Part shown: positions 13,757 to 20,000 of the stretch, piece after piece
Layout: each line of letters starts with the position of its first letter
Numbering within the stretch: the first letter of the stretch is position 1
The notes under the pieces: generated by a model
Told to the model about the DNA's origin: nothing
Database searches by the model: none
What the model saw: the letters and a program-made list of their open reading frames with translations, nothing else
Made by a program: the position numbers and the translations under genes
Virus record (IMG/VR): IMGVR_UViG_3300037087_000281
Reading direction: 5' to 3' (one strand)
DNA from: an uncultured virus (IMG/VR IMGVR_UViG_3300037087_000281)
Taxonomy: Duplodnaviria; Heunggongvirae; Uroviricota; Caudoviricetes
Length of the DNA stretch: 20,000 bases

Positions 13757-15114
13757 AGACTCAGCAAAGCGACCGCTGGTGGGACGACGCGGATTTTCAA
13801 GACGGCCTTGTCGCGCTGTTGACGCGTGATTACCGCACGCTCAAGGACTGCGCCGCGCTCCTGGACACGGACGACTTCCAGCCGCAGAAGGGGATGCGTG
13901 ATGGGCGTTCTCGCTGGATCGTGGCCGAGCGCGCGCTAGAGCACTACAAGCGGCATCGTGAGCCGGTCGGATCCCTCCTTCGCGCCGACGTTCTCCAGCA
14001 CGTCCACGGGATCGGGTTCGGGGCCGCGCAGAAGGCGGAGGTCCAGGCGTACCTCGCCAAACTAGATGCGCTTCGCACTGAGGCCCCGGCCGCCATCGTC
14101 GAGAAGGTTGTCCAATTTAAAAGCCTTCGACTCAAGGCGGCAGCGATAGAAGAGCTCGCCGATTTACATGCGTCCGGCGCGCTGACCGACGAGAAATGGT
14201 CAGAAATTTCCAAGAAAGCCATGGCTGCGACGTGCCGGGAGACCGCCACTACGGACTACATGACGACGTTCGATTCCCGGGCCGAGCGCCGCGCCAGGAA
14301 CGCGACGCACCCGCGCGCCCCGTGGACGTTCATCGACCCGCTTGACTCCATGGTCAGCACCGTGGGTCGCAAGCAGCTCGGGATGTTCCTCGCGCCTTAC
14401 AAGCGCGGGAAGAGTGCCGCGCTCCTCTGGATGGCGGCAGCCTACGCCCTCCAGAAGCTGCGCGTGCTCTACGTCACGCTAGAGGATCCGGAAGAGCTCA
14501 TGGAGGACAGGCTTGACTCGATCATCACGCATGTCCCGCTGAAGCAGCTCACCGACTACCCGAAGATGACGCGGCGTAGGTTCGAGCGCCGCCGCGGGAC
14601 CACGGGGATGCGCCATGGCGGGATCCAGATATATGACGGGACGGAGGGCGGGACGACGGTCGCCGTCCTGGAGTCGCTCCTAGAGACGATGCGTGACGAG
14701 GGGGAGCCGGCGGACGCACTCATCGTGGACTACGACGACGAGGTCGTGGCTTCTCAGAGGTACAAGGAGAAGCGGTTCGAGACGGACGACGTGTACCGCG
14801 GCCTTCGCGCCCTCAACGCCAAATACAACACGATTGGGTGGACGGCTGCTCAAACTCAAAGAGATACGCGGCAGTTGAAGATTCTCAGCGGCGATAAAGT
14901 GGCCGAGGACATCGGCAAGATGCGTAAGGTCACCTGCGGGCTCTCGCTCGGGAAAGGCGAGTGGACGGAGGACAGTATATTCTTGTGGGTGGCGGCACAC
15001 AAGTCCGACAAGATGGACGTCGGGTGTGAGATTATTCCTGATATGCGCCGACTTTTAATTTTCGACCGCGAAGCTACTAGAAAAGCTATGAAAGAACACG
15101 GTGGCCAATCATGA
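13753..15114 (+). CDS. dnaB: Replicative SF4 (DnaB/T4 gp41-like) helicase
   Basis: Walker A APYKRGKS, VLYVTLE, LIVDYDD (Walker B), WTAAQTQR, VAEDIGK. Confidence 0.92.
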   Translation: MKTQQSDRWWDDADFQDGLVALLTRDYRTLKDCAALLDTDDFQPQKGMRDGRSRWIVAERALEHYKRHREPVGSLLRADVLQHVHGIGFGAAQKAEVQAYLAKLDALRTEAPAAIVEKVVQFKSLRLKAAAIEELADLHASGALTDEKWSEISKKAMAATCRETATTDYMTTFDSRAERRARNATHPRAPWTFIDPLDSMVSTVGRKQLGMFLAPYKRGKSAALLWMAAAYALQKLRVLYVTLEDPEELMEDRLDSIITHVPLKQLTDYPKMTRRRFERRRGTTGMRHGGIQIYDGTEGGTTVAVLESLLETMRDEGEPADALIVDYDDEVVASQRYKEKRFETDDVYRGLRALNAKYNTIGWTAAQTQRDTRQLKILSGDKVAEDIGKMRKVTCGLSLGKGEWTEDSIFLWVAAHKSDKMDVGCEIIPDMRRLLIFDREATRKAMKEHGGQS

Positions 15115-15581
15115 ATTTGGGATCGAGGCACTCCAAAGAAACACGCGCGAAAATGTCCGCTGCTCAAAGAGTTTTTTGGAGTGCCGAAGAAAACCGTAAA
15201 AAGAAATCGGCATCTCAAAAGGCTTTATGGACTCCTGAAAAGCGCCGCGCTCAATCCGACCTTTTCAAAACCGGTGCCGTTGTAAACGGGATGACCGGGA
15301 GAAAGCATTCTAAAAAGTCTATAAAGTTGATGTCTGACGCAGCCAAGAAAAGAAAAATATCTCCTGTTGGGAAGAAACTCTCCTTAGCTGAAGGCGCCGT
15401 CGGGATCTTAGTAGTTCAGTTGCGGTTTGGCGTTCATCACGTGATCGTCAACGGGTTGCCGGCCGACGAGTGTTACGAGACCATGGAGGCGGCGAAGCAG
15501 GCGGGCGTCGACCTCGCGCGGCGGATCATGCAGCACGCGGCGTACCAACTGGATCTCTTGAAGATGCGGGAGGAACCGTGA
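15111..15581 (+). CDS. NUMOD3 DNA-binding repeat protein without a nuclease domain
   Basis: GSRHSKETRAKMS and GMTGRKHSKKSIKLMS NUMOD3 motifs; no GIY-YIG or HNH motif seen. Confidence 0.75.
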   Translation: MNLGSRHSKETRAKMSAAQRVFWSAEENRKKKSASQKALWTPEKRRAQSDLFKTGAVVNGMTGRKHSKKSIKLMSDAAKKRKISPVGKKLSLAEGAVGILVVQLRFGVHHVIVNGLPADECYETMEAAKQAGVDLARRIMQHAAYQLDLLKMREEP

Positions 15582-18500
15582 AGCGCGCCTCTAAGCCATC
15601 GGTGGCTTCCGGGGATGCTGCGGCAAGGGGCGGGGCCGGAGAACGCGTCCTGGGAGCCCGGAGCGGCCTAGGAATGCGTCCTGCGGGGCTCCTGGAGATG
15701 GAGGTTCCAGTCTCGGTGACGATCTATGGCTCCGGCAGGCAGCCGCCGCAGACTACCGAGGTCTGCCCGACGGTGCAGGCTATCGGGATCGGCGGCGGGT
15801 TCAGGTCGCAGTACGAGGTCAACGTAGAATCAACCATGGGAGATCAAGCGATGAGCATCGGCAAGACACCGCGGGGCGGGGCGGTCACGAGGAAGACGCT
15901 GTTCGGGGAGGTGGTTATCCAGCCAGACTTCGCGGCGGTGGACGGGCGGATCGCGACCAACTGCCAATGCCCCGCTTGCGGGTACGAATGGAACGCGCCG
16001 CTCGCCAAGAAAGTCGCGCGCCCCTTGTTTGGGAAACCCGCGCCGGTGGTCACCGCCGGTTTCAGCTGCCCGAAGTGCAAGCACGCTTGGGAGGGGAAGC
16101 CGCGGGCCGCTCAGAGGTTCGGAGCCAAGGACGGGAAGTCTATAATCGCTAAGACTTCAGTCGCGGTGGAAAAACCTCTTTATCGAGTGCCGTTAATGAG
16201 CGAGATCAAAAAGTTCTCGCGGAACGGGTTCAAGGTCGTCAGCACGTTCTCGGGTTGCGGCGGTTCTTGTACCGGGTACAAGATGGCAGGGTTCGACGTC
16301 GTGTGGGCCAACGAGTTTGTTCCGGCGGCGCAGGACTCTTACCGCGCGAACTTCCCGGACACGATCTTGGATTGTCGAGACATACGGAAAGTTACTGCAA
16401 TGCAGATCCTCAAGGCGACGGGGTTGAAGAAGGGAGAATTGGACTTGTTCGATGGATCGCCGCCTTGCTTCCCCGCCGGTGCTTTGGTGCTGGCCAAGCG
16501 TGGTTTGATTCCGATAGAGGAGATCGTTGTCGGCGATGAAGTTCTTACGCACAAAAACCGCTGGCGTTCCGTGCTACGCGTTGGGAGTAAGGAAGCCGAG
16601 ACGATCGTCTTGAAAGGTCATGGTCATTGGGGGTTGGAGACTACCAAGGAGCACCCGTTCTGGTCTCGAAGGTTGAATCAGCGTTACGTACGCTGCGGGG
16701 GCGGGAAGAGCCGCTACGTAAAGACGTGGAACGATCCGGAATGGATCGAAGCTCAGGACATGAAGAAACTGTTTTGGGCGACGCCGAACATGGTGGAAGA
16801 TACTCCTTTATCGATTCCGGCCGTGGCGGGGAGAAAAGTGAACTTTAACCAAAGGTTCTGGTGGATGGTAGGACGTTGGCTCGGCGACGGTTGGATTATA
16901 AATCCGCGCCGAAACAATTTCGGTATCTGCTGTTCGCAAGAGGAAACTTCATTTTTGGAGTCTATGTTGAAGTCGGTGGCTCCGATTGCTGGATCGGGCA
17001 ATGCTGGAGACGGAGAGTTGCGTTGGACGGTTATAAAAGTTAGGACCGGAACGCAGTTTAGCTGCGCTCATAAGGGTCTTGTGGAGTGGTTGCAAGACAA
17101 TTTTGGTTGCGGAGCTGCTGACAAGACGATTCCGGCATGGGCGTTGACTATGAAAGATAGTTGGCGGCGTAGTCTTTTGGAGGGTTACTTTTCAGCAGAC
17201 GGTTTTAAGATGAAAGAAGAGGGTCATTCAGCTATAAATACGGTAAGCAAGAAGTTGGCCGTTGGTACGCGATTGCTAGTTGAATCCCTAGGGATGACGG
17301 CTACGCTTGTTTGGCAAGACATGCCTAAGAAGACGATGATTGAAGGGAGGGAAGTAAATCAGAAACCGTTTTTTAGAGTCGCTTGGCGTTATGGGGAAAC
17401 GAGATGTGTTCAGCGGGATACTGAATATACTTGGGGCCGCGTTCGCCGTGTGCTTGATGGCAAGGAATCTGTCATTGTTTATAACATCGAAGTGGAAGAA
17501 GATCACAGTTTTACTGTTGATGGAATGGTTGTCAAAAACTGTCAAAGTTTTTCGACCGCCGGTCGGCGCGAGAAAGGCTGGGGCAAAGAGAAGAAGTACG
17601 AGCACGGGGCCAAGCAGATGAACGAGGACTTGTTCTTCGAGTACGTTCGCCTGCTCAAAGGGCTCCAGCCGAAGACGTTCGTGGCGGAGAACGTGAGCGG
17701 CCTCGTCAAGGGCACGGCAAAGGGGTACTTCAAGCTGATCCTCGCGGCGCTGGAGGGATGCGGGTACGAGGTCGCGGTCAAGGTCCTCGACGCGCAGTGG
17801 CTCGGCGTCCCGCAGATGCGGCAGCGCGCGATCTTCGTCGGCGTCAGGAACGACTTGGCCGCGCTGGGGTTCCACCCGGCGCACCCCGAGCCGCTGCCCT
17901 ACCGGTACACGGTGCGGGAGGCGCTTCCGTGGGTCGTCAAGCCAGTTCACGGCGGTTTCTCCGTCACTAGCTGCGAGGATACTCCATCGCCGACCGTGAC
18001 TTCTACGCAGTGTAGGATGACGACTGAGGTTCCAGTCATAAAGACGCGGGTGGTCCACGACACGAGTGGTAAGGGCGGCGCGGCGGGCGTCAACAGCTAC
18101 AGCGCGGGGGACATCACGGACAAGCCGTGTCCCGCAGTCACCGTGGGCGTCAACTCCTTGAACAGCTCTCACTTCCAGGTCCTGGAAGTGAGAGGGGGCG
18201 CGTCGCGTTGGAGGTCGGTTGTCTATGAGCATGAGATTCGGGCCGGGGAGCTGCGGGTCAGCGTGATGAGCACCGGGTCGATCCGGCACCAGGAGGCTGG
18301 GAGGATGCGCAGGTTGGACGCGGGCGAGGAGCCGAGACCGGCCATCATGACTTCGCCCCCGGCGTACTCGCTGGAGGTGGAGCCGGAGGCCGCGCTGCGC
18401 GGGGCCGTCGGGGAGGAGTGGGACAGGCTGGCCGACGGGGAGCAGAGCGGCAAGTACTTCAGCTTGGTCAAGCCGCCGCTGGACGAGCCGAGTCCCGCGG

Positions 18501-18748
18501 TCACCGCCGTCGGCGGAACGAGCTGCGCGTCCGTCACGCATCCGGTTGAGAGGCGTAAGTTCACGATCGCGGAGCTCCGTCGCGTGTGTGGGATGCCGGA
18601 TGACCTGATATTGACTGGATCATACTCACAAATGTGGGCAAGACTCGGAAACGCTGTTCCAGCAGTGATGGCGGCTGCTATAGCGAAGACGGTGAGAGAC
18701 AAGATATTGATTCCAGCGCGAGACTTGGAAAAGAAGAGGAAAAAGTAA
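15578..18748 (+). CDS. dcm: DNA (cytosine-5)-methyltransferase with intein, N-terminal zinc ribbons and a long variable region
   Basis: FSGCGG (I), GSPP-[intein]-CQSFS (IV), ENVSG (VI), VPQMRQR (VIII), RKFTIAELRR (IX), LGNAVP (X). Start at GTG 15578 (GGAGG RBS, GTGA overlap); ATG 15851 is an alternative. Confidence 0.93.
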   Translation: MKRASKPSVASGDAAARGGAGERVLGARSGLGMRPAGLLEMEVPVSVTIYGSGRQPPQTTEVCPTVQAIGIGGGFRSQYEVNVESTMGDQAMSIGKTPRGGAVTRKTLFGEVVIQPDFAAVDGRIATNCQCPACGYEWNAPLAKKVARPLFGKPAPVVTAGFSCPKCKHAWEGKPRAAQRFGAKDGKSIIAKTSVAVEKPLYRVPLMSEIKKFSRNGFKVVSTFSGCGGSCTGYKMAGFDVVWANEFVPAAQDSYRANFPDTILDCRDIRKVTAMQILKATGLKKGELDLFDGSPPCFPAGALVLAKRGLIPIEEIVVGDEVLTHKNRWRSVLRVGSKEAETIVLKGHGHWGLETTKEHPFWSRRLNQRYVRCGGGKSRYVKTWNDPEWIEAQDMKKLFWATPNMVEDTPLSIPAVAGRKVNFNQRFWWMVGRWLGDGWIINPRRNNFGICCSQEETSFLESMLKSVAPIAGSGNAGDGELRWTVIKVRTGTQFSCAHKGLVEWLQDNFGCGAADKTIPAWALTMKDSWRRSLLEGYFSADGFKMKEEGHSAINTVSKKLAVGTRLLVESLGMTATLVWQDMPKKTMIEGREVNQKPFFRVAWRYGETRCVQRDTEYTWGRVRRVLDGKESVIVYNIEVEEDHSFTVDGMVVKNCQSFSTAGRREKGWGKEKKYEHGAKQMNEDLFFEYVRLLKGLQPKTFVAENVSGLVKGTAKGYFKLILAALEGCGYEVAVKVLDAQWLGVPQMRQRAIFVGVRNDLAALGFHPAHPEPLPYRYTVREALPWVVKPVHGGFSVTSCEDTPSPTVTSTQCRMTTEVPVIKTRVVHDTSGKGGAAGVNSYSAGDITDKPCPAVTVGVNSLNSSHFQVLEVRGGASRWRSVVYEHEIRAGELRVSVMSTGSIRHQEAGRMRRLDAGEEPRPAIMTSPPAYSLEVEPEAALRGAVGEEWDRLADGEQSGKYFSLVKPPLDEPSPAVTAVGGTSCASVTHPVERRKFTIAELRRVCGMPDDLILTGSYSQMWARLGNAVPAVMAAAIAKTVRDKILIPARDLEKKRKK
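16466..17539 (+). mobile_element. Intein (358 aa) with LAGLIDADG endonuclease in C5-MTase motif IV
   Basis: CFPAGALV start, TKEHPF block B, VGRWLGDG and LLEGYFSADG endonuclease motifs, VYNIEVEEDHSFTVDGMVVKN/C end; visibly AT-richer than the flanks. Confidence 0.95.
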
Positions 18749-19315
18749 ATGCCTCGATGGCCGATTACAACTTTGGAAGAGAGATTTTGGAAAAGAGTAA
18801 AGAAGACTAGAACTTGCTGGGTGTGGACAGGTAAAACGAGTTCTCAAGGTTATGGAATAATCCACATCGGCAACGGGAAGTTTCAAGTGGCCCATCGGAC
18901 TTCTTGGGAAATACACACGGGGGAAAAGGTTCCAAAAGATCTTATGGTTTTGCATAAGTGCGATAATCCGCCTTGCGTCAAGTTCAAGCATCTTTTCACG
19001 GGAAATCAGTTTGACAATATGCGAGACATGATTGCGAAAGGAAGAGCGCTTTTTCAAAAAGATCCAGAAAAAGCAAGAGCTATAGCGCGTGCCGGAATGA
19101 ACTATGCCGGTAGAAAACATTATTTTTTAGAACATCATATTGGAGAAGAGTCTTCCAAAGCAAAGCTTAATAACCGCATGGTAAGACAAATCAGAAAACT
19201 GCGCTCTAATGGAGCAAGTTCCAAAGAGATTGCATATAAGTTCAAGATTGGGAAATCAACGGTCAATCGCGTAGTTAATAAAGATGCTGTTGGTGGATGG
19301 AGGCACGTTGTATGA
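18749..19315 (+). CDS. Free-standing HNH (homing) endonuclease with C-terminal HTH
   Basis: RFWKRV..CWVWTG..GYG..AHR...VLHKCDNPPCV..HLFTG...NMRDM; AKLN...EIAYKFKIGKSTV; AT-rich. Confidence 0.92.
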   Translation: MPRWPITTLEERFWKRVKKTRTCWVWTGKTSSQGYGIIHIGNGKFQVAHRTSWEIHTGEKVPKDLMVLHKCDNPPCVKFKHLFTGNQFDNMRDMIAKGRALFQKDPEKARAIARAGMNYAGRKHYFLEHHIGEESSKAKLNNRMVRQIRKLRSNGASSKEIAYKFKIGKSTVNRVVNKDAVGGWRHVV

Positions 19316-19782
19316 GGACGCTATTTCCGGATGCGTTGACGAAGCCGACGCCACGGTCCGACGCCGTCCTTAGGGAGGCGCGCGCGAAGAGCCTCACGAA
19401 CACGCGGGCGGCGTTCCGCGTGATTCAGGCGGCGAGGCACGGGGTGCTGTCGGTCAGCGATGGCGCGATCCAGCGGTGGACGGCGTCGTCGGAAGAGAAC
19501 GCGGCGCTGATGGGTGAGATCTCGGCGGCCGCCAACTACGTCTCTTGCAGCGACCGCCTTCGCCTGCTGGGGACCCCGGCGGTGACGAGCGCGGCCTACT
19601 TTTGGATTCGAAGGTTCCATCCGGGGAAGTTCGAGGATTGCGCGGGGACGCTGCGCGTCCGCAAAGACTCTGGATGGCGAGAGCAGCTAGCTTCATGGAA
19701 CCGCGTCATAGCGAACATGTTGGGTTCTCGGATGGACTTCTCGCTCGTTCCGTCTGCGCGTCCGTTTCTGAGGTTGCGGTGA
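19312..19782 (+). CDS. Hypothetical protein (156 aa)
   Basis: ATG 19312 with GGAGG RBS and ATGA overlap with the HNH stop; GC-rich codon style of the core genes. Confidence 0.65.
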   Translation: MRTLFPDALTKPTPRSDAVLREARAKSLTNTRAAFRVIQAARHGVLSVSDGAIQRWTASSEENAALMGEISAAANYVSCSDRLRLLGTPAVTSAAYFWIRRFHPGKFEDCAGTLRVRKDSGWREQLASWNRVIANMLGSRMDFSLVPSARPFLRLR

Positions 19783-19819
19783 GATCGTTCTTATCAAATA
19801 ACTTGTTGAAATAAAGGTG

Positions 19820-19848
19820 TTTACATCTCCTTACGGATGAGTTATATT
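19820..19848 (+). promoter_or_regulatory. Sigma-70-type promoter
   Basis: TTTACA-N17-TATATT with an AT-rich upstream element. Confidence 0.75.
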
Positions 19849-19917
19849 ATCAATAGCTTGCGCGTCGCCCGCGCGTATCTCCACAGCGGGCAGCCTCTCC
19901 AAGTCGACAACTCCGGG

Positions 19918-20000
19918 ATGTCTAACCACAAGCAGAAGATCAAGCTCATACGCTCGGAAGCCTTGTTCCACGCGCTCTCCGTGACCACCTTGCCCGTCAA
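19918..20000 (+). CDS. Possible start of an ORF running off the window (MSNHKQKIKLIRSEALF...)
   Basis: Open frame downstream of the promoter; weak RBS; only 27 codons visible. Confidence 0.3.
   Translation, partial: MSNHKQKIKLIRSEALFHALSVTTLPV

Noticed and set aside
17288..18541. 417-aa minus-strand ORF
   Set aside because: Antisense shadow of the C5-MTase; low-complexity R/P/G-rich translation.
5042..18748. Restriction-modification system
   Set aside because: No restriction endonuclease is recognisable next to either MTase; the HNH is of the homing type.
1..20000. CRISPR array, rRNA, transposase/integrase or stop-codon recoding
   Set aside because: No spaced repeats or such genes were seen. 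TAG, TGA and TAA all end genes at sensible boundaries, and readthrough could not bridge the 2-kb polA gap.

Overview
The window is the DNA replication and DNA-modification module of a large dsDNA bacteriophage or prophage (host not identifiable). The left ~12 kb is a tightly coupled minus-strand cluster. In transcription order it encodes: DnaG-like primase; a stand-alone HTH protein; 5'-3' exonuclease; an ECF-like sigma factor; QueD plus a TGT/DpdA-like transglycosylase; a divergent DnaN-like sliding clamp; a protein carrying a SufB/SufD C-terminal motif; an amino-DNA methyltransferase; and a family-A DNA polymerase split into two genes. The N-half (UDG-like domain, 3'-5' exonuclease, thumb; 3222..5045) stops just before motif A. 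The C-half (starts at 1242, runs off the window, absent from the ORF track) begins at motif A and carries an HNH intein. Six translationally coupled ORFs, including thyX and mazG, lie between the halves. A ~1.1 kb divergent region (12121..13243) holds a promoter, an H-type pseudoknot abutting an AUG, and many hairpins. The plus-strand arm encodes a DnaB/gp41-like helicase, a NUMOD3 protein, a large intein-containing C5-cytosine methyltransferase with repeated TRD-like units, and an HNH endonuclease. All calls come from manual translation and motif recognition; no searches were run.
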